Positions 1 through 13,545 are shown, counted from the stretch's first letter. The stretch is DNA of 64,000 nt from Mobula hypostoma (GCF_963921235.1 NC_086118.1:21144001-21208000), one strand, 5' to 3'. Notes: generated from the sequence alone by a model not told the origin. Numbers and translations: made by a program.

Positions 1-124
1 GATTGTGATGCATGAGTCAGAATGCTCTCCACTCTACATCTGTAGAAATGGGGCAAGTTTGAATGCAAAACACACCAGAAGGCTAAGGTTTGGGGCTCAA
101 AGTATTTTTACAATCAGAATGTTA

Positions 125-520
125 GCATACGAATTAGGAGCAGAAGGCACTCAACCCATTAGCCTGATCGAACGTTTAATAAGATCATAGCTGATGTGAA
201 CTTCAATCACATTCCCATCTATTACAGTGACCTTTCACCCTGTGCTTATCAAAGGTATGTCTCAAAAATATTCCGACACTCTGCCCTTTGAGGAAGAGAG
301 TTCCAACGATTTATGGTCCTCAGGATCTTAATGTTTAGATTCTCTCTCCAAGAGGAAGCATCCTTTCTACATCCTCCCTGGCAAAATCGCTGATGATATT
401 GTATGTTTCAATCAAGTCCACTCTCAATCGTAAACTCCAGCAGACCCAAGCTTGGCCTATCCCACCTCTCCTCAGAAGACAACCTCACCATGCCAGATGT
501 TCCCATGTCTTCTTAACCAA
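125..520 (-). mobile_element. Highly decayed CR1 LINE 3' fragment
   Basis: Resembles the CR1 3' ends at 1438 and 5198 (gaattaggagcag...aataagatcatagctgat). Confidence 0.5.
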
Positions 521-924
521 CATAAAGGACTGGAAGTTTCATTGATCTGTTGCCATGCACTCCAAAGTTTCTTTTTGTAGCCTACTACTTCCTTCCTTTT
601 ATGCTGTTTACGAAGGATTACCCCACAAATACGGGGCTAAGTTCCTGTTGTTGCTTTCTCACCACCTGATTTGTCCATTGTCTAAGTTTGCCTCCTCACC
701 ATTACCCACATGGCTAATTTTTGTATTATCTGTGAACTCAAATGCAAACCCTTAATTTAAAGCTAAATCAATGAGTAGAGTCACAAAAAATGTTCTCACA
801 TGAAAAGGAAGCAGACTATTTCAGTCACAAACACAGCCCTCAACTATTAATGAGTCATTTTCTCTGAGATCAATTGGGACTTGGCTTTTTGGATTGGTTT
901 GCCATGTGGGGCCTTGTCATTGTC

Positions 925-1435
925 ATAGAGTCGAGCAGTACAGGAAAAAGAAGCCCCTCAGTCTATCACATCCCTACCAATTATCACAGTCCTATCTAGG
1001 CTGATCCCATCTACTGGCACTTGATCTACAGCCTTCTACAGCTTGACACTTCAAGTGCTTGGCAGGATACTTCTCAAAAGTTGTGAGAGCACCTGCTTTC
1101 ACCTCCCATTCATGCAATATTTTCCAGATTCAAGCCTCTGGGTGAAAATGTTCTTCTTCAGAGCTCCTGTAAATCTCTTTTCCCTAAGCCTATATATTCT
1201 AGATGTTGAAATCCCTGCTTGAGGACAAGTTTCCTATTAATCACCCTAGCGATGCTCCTCATGATTTGTATACAGGTTCCCTTTAACCCTCCTCTGCACC
1301 AAGGAAAACTAACATAGACTAACCAGATTCTCTTCATAACTGAGATGCTCTTTCACATATAACATCCTTTGCACACTCTCTAGTGCAATTTCATGTTTCC
1401 TATAGTCTGGCAACCAGAAGTGCATACAGGCTTCA
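925..1435 (-). mobile_element. Decayed CR1 LINE 3' fragment
   Basis: Degenerate reverse complement of the CR1 RT C-terminus (YCxQFW-like motif near 1410). Confidence 0.55.
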
Positions 1436-1437
1436 AT

Positions 1438-4400
1438 AAGACCATAAGACACAGGAGCAGAATTAGGCCATCTGATCCACTGAGTCTGCTCAAACAGATG
1501 ATCATTGCTGATTTATTTTCCCTCCCAACCATATTCTCCTGCCTTCTCCCCATAAATTTTAATGCCCTTACTAATCAAGAACCTATCAACCTCCGCTTTA
1601 AATATACAAAATGACTTGGCATCTACAGCTGTCTAGGGCAATGAATTCCACAGATTCACCACCCTCTGGCTAAAGATACTACACCTCTTCCCAGTTCTAA
1701 AGGGTCATCTATTATGAGGATGTATCTTCTGTTCTAGACTCTCCAAATCCACTCAATCCAGGCCCTTCAAATTCGATTTCAAAGATATCCCCATCTCATT
1801 CTTCTAAACTGCAGTGAGTACTGGCCTAGAACCATCAAACACTCCTCATACATTAACCCTTCCATTCCCTGGATCATTTTCATAAAACTCCAATGCCAGC
1901 ACACCCTTTCTTAGATATGGGGCCCAAAATTCCTCACAATTCTCCAGTAGTGGTCTGACCAACAGCCTATAAAATTGCAACATTGCGTCCTTGTTTTCTA
2001 TTCTAGTCCTCCGGAAATGAATACTAACATTGCATTTGTCTTCCTTCCTACTGACTCAACCTGCAAGTAAACCTTCAATGAATCCTGCACTAGGACTCCC
2101 AAGTCCTTTTGCATCTCTGATTTCTGAATTCACTCCCCATTTAGAAAATAGTCCACGCATTTATTTCTACTACCAAAGTGCATGACCAGACACTTGCTGA
2201 CACATTATATTTCATCTGCCATTTCTTTGCCTATTCTCCCAGCCTGTCTAAGTCCTTCTGCAGACGCCCTGCTTCCTTAACACTATCTGCCACTCCAACT
2301 ATCTTTATATCATCTGCAGACTTGGTCACAAAGCTATCAATTCCATCATCCAGATCATTAATACATTACGTGAAAAGTAGCAGACGCAATACAGACCACT
2401 GTGGAATACCACTACTCACCTGCAGCCAACCAGAAAAGGCCCCCTTTATCTCCACTCTTTACCTTCTGCCAGTCAACCAATCTTCTGTCCATGTTGATAT
2501 CTTTCCTGAGCTCCTATCTTGTTTAGCAGCCTCATGAGCAACACCTTGTCTAGGACCTTTTGAAAATTCAAGTAAACAACATCTACTGACTCTCCTTTGT
2601 CTATCCTGCTCCGTAGAATTCCAACAAGTTTGTCAGACAAAATTTCCCCTTAAGGAAATCATTGCTGACTTTGGCCTATTTTATCCTGTGCCTCCAAGCA
2701 CCCTGAAATCTCATCCTTAATAATGGATTCTAACATCTTGACAATCACTGGTCGGGTTAACTGGCCTGTAATTTCCTGTCTTTTCCCTCCCTCCCTTCTT
2801 AAAGAGTGGAGTGGCATGTGCAATTTTCCAGTCCTTCGAACCATTCCAGAATCTAGTAATTCATGAAAGATCATTACTAATGCCTTCACAATTTCTTCAG
2901 CTACCTCTTTCAGAACTCTGAGCTGCAGTCCATATGATCCATGTGACTTATCTACCTTCAGACCTTCCAGCTTCCAAATCATGTTTTCCTTAGATGTTGA
3001 GACTACTCTCACTTTTGCCTCCTGACACTTTTAAAATTCTAGTGTGTTGCTGGTGTCTTCCAGTGAAGATTGAAGCAAAATAGTCATTCAGTTTGTCCGC
3101 TATTTCTTTGTTCTCCATTACTACCTATCCAGTGTCATTTTGTAGCTGTCCACTATCTGTTTTTTGCCACTCTTTATGACTGTAAAACTTTCGATATCCT
3201 TTTTCATATTATTGGCTATCAAAGCTTCATATTTCATGTTTTCTCTCTCAATTTGTTTTTTATTTGCTTCTGTTGGTTTCTAAAAGCCTCCCAATCCTCT
3301 AGCTTCCCACTACTTTTTGCTATGTTGTATACCCTCTCTTTTGCTTTATTGCTGTCTTTGACTTCCCTTGTCAGCCATAGTTTCCTCATCCTCCCTTTTG
3401 AATGTTTCTTCTTCTTTGGGATGAACTGATCGGACACCTTTCGAATTACTCCAAGAAATTCCACCGCTGCTACTGTTATTCCTGCTAGTGTCCACTTCCA
3501 GTGAAGTTTGGCCATTTCCTCTTTTGTGCCTCTGTTGTTACTTTTACTCCACTGTACTACGATACATCCCATTTCAATTTCTTCCTCCGATTTTAGCTCC
3601 TCCTTCTCAAACTGAAGGGAATTCTATCCTATTATGATCACTGCCTCCTAAGGTCCCTAATCAAATCTGGTTCATTACACAACACCCAGTCCAAATTGCC
3701 TTTTCCCTATTGGGCTAAATCACAAGCTTCTCTAAAAAGCCAGCTCACAGGCTTTCTACAAATTCCTTCTCTTGCAATCCAGCACCAACCTGATTTTCCC
3801 AATCTACCTGCATCCTGAAATCCCCCATGACCACCATAACATTGCTCTTTTTCTCTCCATGCCTTTTCTACTTCCAATTGTAATTTGTGTCCCATATCTT
3901 GGCCTATATATAGTTCTCATCAGTACCTTTTTACCCTTGCAGTTTCTCAACTTTACTCATAAGGATTCTACATCTTCTGATCCTATATCGCTTCTTTCTA
4001 AGAATTTGATTTTATTTTTTACCACTCCACCCTCTTTTGCTTTATCTGTCTGCCCTTTCAATATGATGTGTATCTTTGGATGTTAAGCTTCTAGTTGTAG
4101 TCTCCTTTCAACCACAATGCATCATACCTGCTCATCAAACATGACTCATCGTCATAGTCGTCATATCTATCCTAGTTTGTATACTGTGTGAATTCAAATA
4201 TAACACCTTCAGTCCTGTCTTCACCACCCTTCTTTACAATTTTGTCTTCATGTTGCCTGAAGTTAAACTCTTATCTCTTTCCAAACTTTTTGTCCATTCT
4301 TTGTTATTCTGGAGACTTCAGTAACCTCTCCTGCACTCTCCTTCCCTTTTACTTTATCCATACTTTTCAAAGCTGTTGATGCCTCCACCCCACCCCCCAC

Positions 4401-5197
4401 GATTTAGTTTAAAACCCTATCCACAACCCTCGTTATGCAATTCGCCAGCACTGGATTTTGGCATGGTTCAGGAGGAGCACATCTCCTTGAAAGAGCTCTC
4501 TCCTCCACCAGTACTGGTGTCAATATCCCAGGAGTTCAAACCCACATCTCCCACACAAATCTTTGAGCCACATATTTAGCTCACCGATTACATTAACCTT
4601 GTGCCAATTTGCATGTGGCTCACATCCAAAAATTATTACCATTTTTGGTTCTGTGTTTCAACTTAGTCCCTAGCTGGTCAAATTCCCTCAGCAGAACCTC
4701 TTTCCTTGTCCTTCCTACATCATTGGTATCCACATGGACCATAGCAACTGTATCTTTCCCCTCCCACTCCAAATTCTTATGCAGGTCAGATGAGGTGTCT
4801 GGAACCCCAGCACCAGCCAGACAACACAGCCTTCGGGACTCTCAATCCTTGCGACAGACAGTTGTATCGTGTATTCCCCTCACTACATTATCCCCAGTTA
4901 CAACTACATTTCTCTTCTCTACCCCTTTTGAATGGCTCCCTGAACCACAATGTCATGGTTTATAATTGCTATAGTCCCACTCTCATCCTCACAGGGAGCA
5001 ACTAACTTGTTCTTGTTGGGCAAGTTCAAGGGTCAAAGGTCAAGGGTCAAGCAATACTACTTTTAGGAAGCCCTTACCTGCCTTATTTTCAATCACGTCC
5101 TCTTGTCCCTGGCTACGGACTGAATTTGCGGAAGATGATCTAATGGGTGAGAATTCCTCCTGAAAAACATTGTACAGGTAACTCTCCCACTCCCTGA
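1438..5197 (-). mobile_element. Long decayed CR1 LINE: ORF2 (EN/RT) plus ORF1 SGNH-esterase remnant
   Basis: Minus-strand ORF pieces include LKVDKSHG..RVLKEVAEEI and WLTREVKD..EDWEAFRNQQ. An ORF1 esterase-like VVVTGDS...VHVDTND lies near 4720-4910. The 3' end is at about 1440. Confidence 0.85.
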
Positions 5198-8100
5198 TAG
5201 AAACATAGAAACATAGAAAATAGGTGCAGGAGTAGGCCATTCGGCCCTTCGAGCCGGCACCACCATTCAGTATGATCATGGCTGATCATCCAACTCAGAA
5301 CCCTGTACCAGCCTTCCCTCCATACCCCCGATCCCTTTAGCCACAAGGGACATATCTAACTCCCTCTTAAATATAGCCAATGAACTGGCCTCAACTGTTT
5401 CCTGCGGCAGAGAATTCCACAGATTCACCACTCTCTGTGTGAAGAAGTTTTTCCTAATCTCGGTCCTAAAAGGCTTCCTCTTTATCCTCAAACTGTGACC
5501 CCTCGTTCTGGACTTCCCCAACATCGGGAACAATCTTCCTGCATCTAGCCTGTCCAATCCCTTTAGGATTTTATACGTTTCAATCAGATCCCCCCTCAAT
5601 CTTCTAAATTCCAACGAGTATAAGCCTAGTTCATCTAGCCTTTCATCATATGAAAGTCCTGCCATCCCAGGAATCAATCTGGTGAACCTCCTTTGTACTC
5701 CCTCTATGGCAAGGATGTCTTTCCTCAGATTAGGGGACCAAAACTGCACACAATACTCCAGGTGTGGTCTCACCAAGGCCTTGTACAACTGCAGTAGTAC
5801 CTCCCTGCTCCTGTACTCAAATCCTCTTGCTATAAATGCCAGCATACCATTCGCCTTTTTCACCGCCTGCTGTACCTGACATGCCCACTTTCAATGACTG
5901 GTGTATAATGACACCCAGGTCTCGTTGCACCTCCCCTTTTCCTAATCGGCCACCATTCAGATAATAATCTGTTTTCCTGTTTTTGCCACCGAAGTGGATA
6001 ACTTCACATTTATCCACATTAAATTGCATCTGCCATGAATTTGCCCACTCACCTAACCTATCTCAGTCACCCTGCATCCTCTTAGCATCCTCCTCACAGC
6101 TAACACTGCCGCCCAGCTTCGTGTCATCTGCAAACTTGGAGATGCTGCATTTAATTCCCTCATCCAAGTCATTAATATATATTGTAAACAACTGGGGGAG
6201 CCTTGCGGTACCCCACTAGTCACTGCCTGCCATTCTGAAAAAGTCCCGTTTATTCCCACTCTTTGCTTCCTGTCTGCCAACCAATTCTCGATCCACATCA
6301 ATACCTTACCCCCAATATCATGTGCTTTAAGTTTGCACACTAATCTCCTGTGTGGGACCTTGTCAAAAGCCTTTTGAAAATCCAAATATACCACATCCAC
6401 TGGTTCTCCCCTATCCACTCTACTAGTTACATCCTCAAAAAATTCTATGAGATTCGTCAGACATGATTTTCCTCTCACAAATCCATGCTGACTTTGTCTG
6501 ATGATTTCACCGCTTTCCAAATGTGCTGTTATCACATCTTTGATAACTGACTCTAGCAGTTTCCCCACCACCGATGTTAGGCTAACCGGTCTATAATTCC
6601 CTGGTTTCTCTCTCCCTCCTTTTTTAAAAAGTGGGGTTACATTAGCCATCCTCCAATCCTCAGGAACCAGTCCAGAATCTAAAGAGTTTTGAAAAATTAT
6701 CACTAATGCATCCACTATTTCTTGGGCTACTTCCTTAAGCACTCTGGGGTGCAGACCATCTGGCCCTGGGGATTTATCTGCCTTCAATCCCTTCAATTTA
6801 CCTAACACCACTTCCCTACTAACATGTATTTCCCTCAGTTCCTCCATCTCACTGGACCCTCTGTCCCCTACTATTTCCGGAAGATTATTTATGTCCTCCT
6901 TAGTGCAGACAGAACCAAAGTAATTATTCAATTAGTCTGCCATGTCTTTGCTCCCCATAATCAATTCACCTGTTTCTGTCTGTAGGGGACCCACATTTGT
7001 CTTAACCAATCTTTTTCTTTTCACATATCTATAAAAGCTTTTACAGTCAGTTTTTATGTTCCCTGCCAGTTTTCTCTCATAATCTTTTTTCCCCTTCCTA
7101 ATTAAGCCCTTTGTCCTCCTCTACTGAACTCTGAATTTCTCCCAGTCCTCAGGTGAGCCACTTTTTCTGGCTAATTTGTATGCTTCTTCTTTGGAATTGA
7201 TACTATCCCTAATTTCCCTTGTCAGCCACAGGTGCACTACCTTCCTTGATTTATTCTTTTGCCAAACTGGGATGAACAATTGTTGTAGTTCATCCATGCG
7301 ATCTTTAAATGCTTGCCATTGTATATCCACCGTCAACCCTTTAAGTGTCATTTGCATGTCTATCTTAGCTAATTCACGTCTCATACCTTCAAAGTTACCC
7401 TTCTTTAAGTTCAGAACCTTTGTTTCTGAATTAACTATGTCACTCTCCATCTTAATGAAGGATTCCACCATATTATGGTCACTCTTACCCAAGGGGCCTC
7501 TCACAACAAGTTTGGTAATTAACCCTACCTCATTGCTCAATACCCAGTCTGGAATAGCCTGCTCTCTAGTTGGTTCCTCGACATGTTGGTTCAAAAAACC
7601 ATCCTGCATACATTCCAAGAAATCCTCTTCCTCAGCACCCTTACTAATTTGGTTCACCCAATCTACATGTAGATTGAAGTCACCCATTATAACTGCTGTT
7701 CCTTTACTGCACACATTTCTAATTTCCTGTTTAATACCATCCCCAACCTCACTACTACTGTTAGGTGGCCTGTACACAACTCCCACCAGCGTTTTCTGCC
7801 CCTTAGTGTTATGCAGCTCTACCCATATTGATTCTACATCCTCCTGGCTTATGTCCTTCCTTTCTATTGCGTTAATCTCCTTTCTAACCAGCAACGCACC
7901 CCACCTCGTTTTCTTTCATGTCTATCCCTCCTGAATATTGAATATCCCTGAATGTTGAGCTCCCATCCTTGGTCACCCTGGAGCCATGTTTCTGTGATCC
8001 CAACTATATCATATTCATTAATAACTATCTGCACTTTTAATTCATCCACTTTGTTACGAATGCTCCTTGCATTGACACACAAAGCCTTCAGGCGCGCTTT

Positions 8101-8287
8101 TACAACTCTCTTAGCCCTTATACAATTATGTTGAAAAGTGGCCCTTTTTGATGCTTGCCCTGGATTTGTCGGCCTGCCACTTTTACTTTTCACCTTACTA
8201 CCTTTTGCTTCTACCCTCATTTTACACCCCTCTGTCTCTCTGCACTGGTTCCCATCCCCCTGTTGTGAACTAACCTCCTCTCGCCTA
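5198..8287 (-). mobile_element. Younger CR1 LINE with near-complete ORF2 (APE endonuclease + RT), frameshifted and 5' truncated
   Basis: ORFs 7864-8292 (NARSIRNK, GITETWL), 7121-7894 (GDFN, SDHN), 6053-6931 (KSPGPDGLHP, YLDFQKAFDKV, GVPQGS) and 5276-5863 (RPHLEYCVQFW). An 8-bp (agaaacat)n tail lies at about 5198-5220. Confidence 0.95.
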
Positions 8288-8305
8288 ATCAATAAATTAT
8301 GTGGT

Positions 8306-8590
8306 TAGACCATAACCTCTTTGCTCTTATATCCTATATCCCGGCTAATGGTGGCAAGTATGCAGTATGCTTTCTTCACCAGCTGATTGACCTGGACTTG
8401 TACACTGATACCTCTCTGGTCCTCAGTACGCCCTAAATCCTCATCCATCACTGCATATGTCCTACAATTATTAGTCTTCCTAAAGTGCAACACCTTCCAC
8501 TTTTAGAATTAAGTCGCAACTGCCAATTGATCAATAATATCTTGTAGTCTATCAACAATACTAGAAATGTTCATGTCATTTGTAAATGTA
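8306..8590 (-). mobile_element. Decayed CR1 RT fragment
   Basis: ORF 8305-8493: LHFRKTN..VKKAYCILATISRDIGYKSKEVM. Confidence 0.65.
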
Positions 8591-9344
8591 CTAATATTCC
8601 AGCTTGTTAGTTATACTTAGTTTCTCTTTTAGTGTGGGAGCTCCAGCTTGGAGCTTAGTTGGTAAGCGGGCAGAGGAATTGGGAGCCAGGGGTATATGCA
8701 CTAGGAAACTAGTAATAGGCAGTTTCAACCCAGATGAGAAAGAGAAGCAGCGAGGACTTACTTTCTCTTCAGAAAAATAATTACATTTTTGGACACTGAT
8801 TTGGAACATTTTGTAACACTAAGTTTGACCTGGCAGCATAACATTACTGGTTAGAGAGCCTCTTTATTCAGCTGCTGGTGGCTCATTGCAAAAGTACCTG
8901 AAAAAAACAGTACCAAACAGTCCAACCTAGAATTCCCCCTTTCTCTCGGGGGATTCAGGAAATGGCAAGGGTGAGGGTGGGCTGCATCACTGTGTTAAGC
9001 TGAAGGCGAAAATTACCCATTCTGGTCCCTGCTACAATAATGGGTGTGGAAGGGAATGAATCATAGAAATGTCAGAATTAAAATCGTAAAGTTCATTTTG
9101 CACATAATGTTCATTCTGACCGAACAGACTGGGTTAATCAGCTTTCCCAGGCCTGCAGATTATGGCACTTCAGGTACTCATATAGGTACATTTAATACTT
9201 GCTTTAGATTTGTACTTCCATCACACTTTCAGGTAGCAAGTATCAGGCCTCTCCTTCAGGTGAAGACCAAACTTCTCAACTCACCTTTAATTCTTTCTGG
9301 TTTTAGGCTGTTGCCATTCGGGGTTGAGTACTTCGACTCGTTGT

Positions 9345-9570
9345 TGTTAGAGCATAGAATGTAGAACAGTACAGCACAGCACAGAAACAAGCCCTTTGAA
9401 CCAGCTAAAAGGTAAATCAAAAAAACCCCACACTACTCCCTACACAATGTCCATATCCCTCCATCTCATGTGCCTATCTAAAAGTCTCTTAAAAGCCTCT
9501 AATGTATTTGGCTCTACCACCATACCAGGAAGCACATTCCAGGCATCCGCCACGCTCAGAGTGGAGCAAA
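9345..9570 (-). mobile_element. CR1 3' end fragment
   Basis: Minus-strand WNVLPGMVVEPNTLEAFKRLLDRHM with a tagaa-type tail. Confidence 0.7.
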
Positions 9571-9620
9571 TAACTATCGTTCTGATGAGACTCTGGCGTG
9601 TTGGTAATGGTAATGCTGGT

Positions 9621-9715
9621 ACCATTATGTTTTCAAACCAGGCGACCCTTCCCGAAGGTTTAAGAAGAGCTTGGGAACCTTTTGGAAGGGTTGCCTGGTT
9701 TGAAAACATAACGGT
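9621..9715. repeat. 40-bp inverted repeat with a 15-nt spacer
   Basis: Arms 9621-9660 and 9676-9715 are reverse complements at 36 of 40 positions. Confidence 0.9.
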
Positions 9716-9828
9716 CTATTAGGGAGCGGAGAGATGCAGGTCTGAATCCGTCTACAAAGTCCAGAGAGGTAGCCAGTTTTTCACTAATGACTAGTGACTT
9801 ATGACTTATGGCTTATGACTTATGACTA

Positions 9829-10083
9829 GTCCATCATCTTGGAAAGCCTCAGCAGAGAGTACAGGCTCCTGTTGATTACCGAATGGCTGCCTCTGTTGCA
9901 TCTCATTGCTTTCTGTAAGTTAAAAGAACCTCAGCTATATTTGAACAGGATTGAAGTTTGTTTCACACTTGTGCACAAAACACTATGGTGGTTAGCTGAC
10001 CAAGTCTAAGTGTTCTACCCTTGCTACAGATTTTCAAGAGTGCCTCTCGTAGACAATCGTTGTGAGAGGGCACAATGCAGAAC
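9829..10083. repeat. Dispersed direct duplication, copy 1 (about 250 bp)
   Basis: Aligns with 13299-13545 at offset 3470; the 83-nt core 9889-9971 has 5 mismatches. Confidence 0.9.
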
Positions 10084-10579
10084 TTAAATTCCAGCAACTT
10101 AATATGAAATTATCGAAGAAACTGATAATTTCATAATTTCCCAGTACCTCAGTGTGCCTGGTAAAACAGTACTGACCAAAAACTACTTCAAAGTTGGAGA
10201 GGAATTTTTCCAAAACTGTACAATGATTAGTTTACTAAAACTACTTTAAATAAGCCAACCTAGTGAAAAGGAAGTGACAAATAATAATGGCTGGCTCTAA
10301 CTTAATACACAGTTCAAATGAAACAAAGCATAAAAACTAGTTCCTTTGACTTAAATTAATGACCTCCACACTCTAGCTTATTCTAACTAAAGCTGTAAAA
10401 CTTCTGACATCCTTTGCTCTCGAAATCCAAACCTAGCATCACTTGATTTCTGTTTCTTGTTTTCCCTCTCCTGCTATTCCTATCATAAGTGAAGGTTACT
10501 ATTTTGTGACAAAAAAAAAACAAAACAGAATGCTAGATGATCTCAGTGGGTGAAGCAGCATTATCAGCTGAGGCAATTT

Positions 10580-10840
10580 CCAGTGAGGCAGAGGTTCGCC
10601 TGCACCTTCTCCAACCCGGGCTACTGCAACTAGCCTCGCCTCCAAGGGGAAACCAAGTATAGACTAAGTGACCATTTTGTGAAGCACTGATGCTCTGTCA
10701 GCATCAGCCGTATTGACTATCCAGTTGCACATCACTTCAATTCTTCTTCACCTTGCCACACTGACCTATCTCCCCTCGGTCTTCCCCAACATTATGAAAA
10801 GGACAACATCTCATTTTCTGTTTGGAGAGCTTACTTCCCA
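10580..10840 (+). mobile_element. Decayed PLE GIY-YIG endonuclease fragment
   Basis: Translates to VRQRFACT...GETKYRLSDHF, homologous to RRHFTC..YVGE..RLGDHFAEH in the PLE at about 19430-19570. Confidence 0.65.
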
Positions 10841-10855
10841 ATCAAGTCAAGTCAA

Positions 10856-11042
10856 TCACAAAACAAGAGAAAATCTACAGATGCTGGAAATACAAGCAAC
10901 ACACACAAAGCACTGGAGGAACTCAGCAGGCCAGGCAGCACCTATGGAAAAGAGTACAGTCGACATTTTGGGCCGAGACCCTTCAGCAGGACTGGAGAAA
11001 ACACTCATGCCTGCTGACTTCCTCCAGCATTTTGTGCATTTA
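10856..11042. mobile_element. PLE terminal (pLTR) insertion with a short inverted arm and a decayed hammerhead
   Basis: A minus-strand PLE 3' end plus the inverted piece cctgctgacttcctccagcatttt. Flanked by caagtcaagtcaa at 10843-10855 and 11043-11055, within a LINE microsatellite tail. Confidence 0.8.
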
Positions 11043-12175
11043 CAAGTCAAGTCAAGTTTATTGTCATCTAACCATATACATGTATACCATCAAAACAGAC
11101 GTTTCTCCAAACCAGGGTGTAAAGCACAGTCGTATACATAGCACACAATCACATGAAAGTAAGGATAAAATCGACAGATGAATCGTGCATAAATAAAATG
11201 CATAAATTAAATATTGTAAGGTACAGAACAGATTAACCAGTGACACTTCGAATGCGTTGCGACAGGAAGTTCAAAAGCCTAATGCCCTGAGTGAGGAAAC
11301 CATTTCCCACCCTGACTGTTCCTGTTCTTATGCATCAGAGTCTCCTGCTTGATAGTAGAACGTCAAAGATGCTGGATGGATGGGTGGGATCCTTGATAAT
11401 ACTAAGGGCCCTGCAAACGCAGTGATCCCAATAAATATCCCTGATGAATGGTCGGAAGACCACGATGATCCTCCCAGCCGTTCTCGCAGTCCTTTGCAAG
11501 GACTTCCAGTCCAATGCTCAGCTGCTCCCAAACCAGATGGAGGTGCAACTTGTCAGGATGCTCTCAATGGTGCTTCTGTAAAATGTAATTAAGATGGGAG
11601 TGTGGGGAGCCTTGCTAGCCTCAATCGCCTTAGGAAGGGGAGGTGCTGCTGTGCCTTCTTGTTCAGGGAGGTGATATTAAGGGGCCAGGTGAGATAATCC
11701 GTGATGTGAACTCCCAGGAACATGGAGCATTAACTTTCTCTACCGAGGAGTCATGTATTTGAAGAGGGGGATGATTCATGGGCAGCTTCCTGAAGTCCTG
11801 AATGATTTCCTTGGTCTTCTCCATCGTCAGGCTTAGGTTGTTCTTCTCACACCAGTCCACCAGCTGCTCCACTTTCTCCCTGTACTCTGCCTTGTCATTG
11901 TCGTTGATTAGGCCCAACTACTGTTGTATCATCCATGAACGTGATGACACGGTTTGAGCTGAATCCTGTGACGCAGTCATACGTCAGTTGGGTGAACAGC
12001 GGTGGGCTGGGCACGCAGCCCTGAGGAGCACCGGTGCTCAGTGTAAAGGGACGAGAGACGTTTCTGCCCACATGGACTGACTGTAGCACTGTTAAGAAGT
12101 CCATCATCCAGTTGCAGAGGGAGGTATTAAGACCTAGTGAGAACAATCTCCCCACCAGTTTCTGGGGTTTGATGG
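11043..12175 (-). mobile_element. Rex1/Babar-type LINE, 3' part
   Basis: [21 protein letters not shown] and WCEKNNLSL..KTKEII motifs, with a (caagt)n tail. Confidence 0.85.
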
Positions 12176-12199
12176 CATAAATATTCCTGTTTCAGTCAA

Positions 12200-12535
12200 C
12201 CCCCATCCCCAGTGTTCCTTCCCACACACGCTCACCTGTCCACCTTCCTTTCTTCTCCCTTTGTTCATCTTTCTCAGCCTCTCGTGCCCCCCACCCCTCC
12301 CCAATGCCACCTGGTTCCGTCTGCCCATCTATCCCCTCCACATCTAGTTCCATCAGTTACCTACCAGCCTCTCCCTCATACAGCTATACACTGGCAATTT
12401 TTTCCCCTCTCAGTCCTAATGCAGGATCTCAACTCAAAATGCAAACATCCACCTTTTGTACCCACCAACATGACCAACATGACCCCAACCAACTGAGTTC
12501 TTCCAGTGTTTTTGTCCCAGATTCCAACATCTTGG
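12200..12535 (+). mobile_element. Very decayed PLE 3' UTR/pLTR
   Basis: A pyrimidine-rich tract followed by cagtcctaatgcagg..ctgagttcttccag..attccaacatct, similar to other pLTR copies. Confidence 0.5.
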
Positions 12536-12559
12536 CTACAACCCGGACTCTTTTGAGTT

Positions 12560-12950
12560 AGTGATGGAGAGAAGGTCACTAAACAAACTGTTATCCATTA
12601 TGCACGATTTGGCACATCCTCTCCATGACCTACTGAATAAGCAGAGGAGCACCCTTTCAAACAGACTCATTCAGCTTCGCTGTCACAAGGATCGTTACAG
12701 AAAATCTTTCTTACCAAATGCAATGAGCATATACAACAGTTTATCTCCCCGGAGAGCACACATTATTGTACAATAGACTCGGTTTTATTATTTTGTACAT
12801 TATTATTGCACAGTATTGCAAATTATTGCACATTGGTAATTCTGTACTTTATTATTAATTCTCACACTGCTAAATGTGTTTTTAAATGTTGCTGCTGTAA
12901 CAAAAGAATGTTCTACTTGGGATCAATAAAGTATTTATTATTATTATTAC
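12560..12950 (+). mobile_element. Rex1/Babar-type LINE 3' end
   Basis: HPLHDLL..RLIQLRC..RYRKSFLP followed by aataaa and a (tta)n tail. Confidence 0.75.
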
Positions 12951-13298
12951 TATCTGCAGTATTTTTGGCTTTCTACCTATTTTGTGACCCTGCCTTGTAC
13001 CTTCTCAGCAAACATTATAAGCAACAAAGGCAATATCTTTAAACTGAATTGAAACTGAAGAATTAATTGGAGAATTTATGATTGCTCCCCTTTGTTAGCA
13101 GTTAGAATTATAAGACCATTTTACAAATGCATTTGTAGCTCCAAGGGTTAAAATGCTGCACCTTCTCCAGAATAAAAAGAGAAACTCCAGCAAGGTTTCA
13201 GTAAAAATGAATGACTGCCTTTCTGCATGGGAGGTGGAAGTTAAACGGAAAGTGGTGTGATGCAAAGTCTGGAAGTCCGTGAGACAACTTCCAGCTCC

Positions 13299-13545
13299 GT
13301 CCATCATCTCGGAAAGCATCAGTGGAGAGTACAGATTCCTGTTGATTAGAGTACGGCCGCCTCTGTTGCATCTCATTGCTTTCTGGAAGTTAAATCAGCC
13401 TCAGCTATATTTGAACAGGATTGAAGCTTGTTTCACACTTGGGCACGCCTGGTGGTTAACAGACCCAGTCTCAGTGGCCTCCCCTTGCTACATATTTTCA
13501 GAAGTGCCTCTCACAGACTAATCCACAATCTGAGCCATGCAGAAC
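13299..13545. repeat. Dispersed direct duplication, copy 2
   Basis: Aligns with 9829-10083. Confidence 0.9.

Noticed and set aside
8633..8661. Plus-strand 29-nt exon-like segment (ttttAG|...|GTaagc)
   Set aside because: Wrong strand for B3GNTL1, frame-shifting length, and no recognisable protein.
9786..9829. Short (tgactta)n array, and the ttataac-like array at about 50620-50695
   Set aside because: Simple tandem repeats without unique spacers; not CRISPR.
13279..13521. 80-aa ORF whose frame is also partly open in the duplicate copy
   Set aside because: Differences between the copies are mostly non-synonymous and copy 1 has an earlier stop, so there is no sign of coding constraint.
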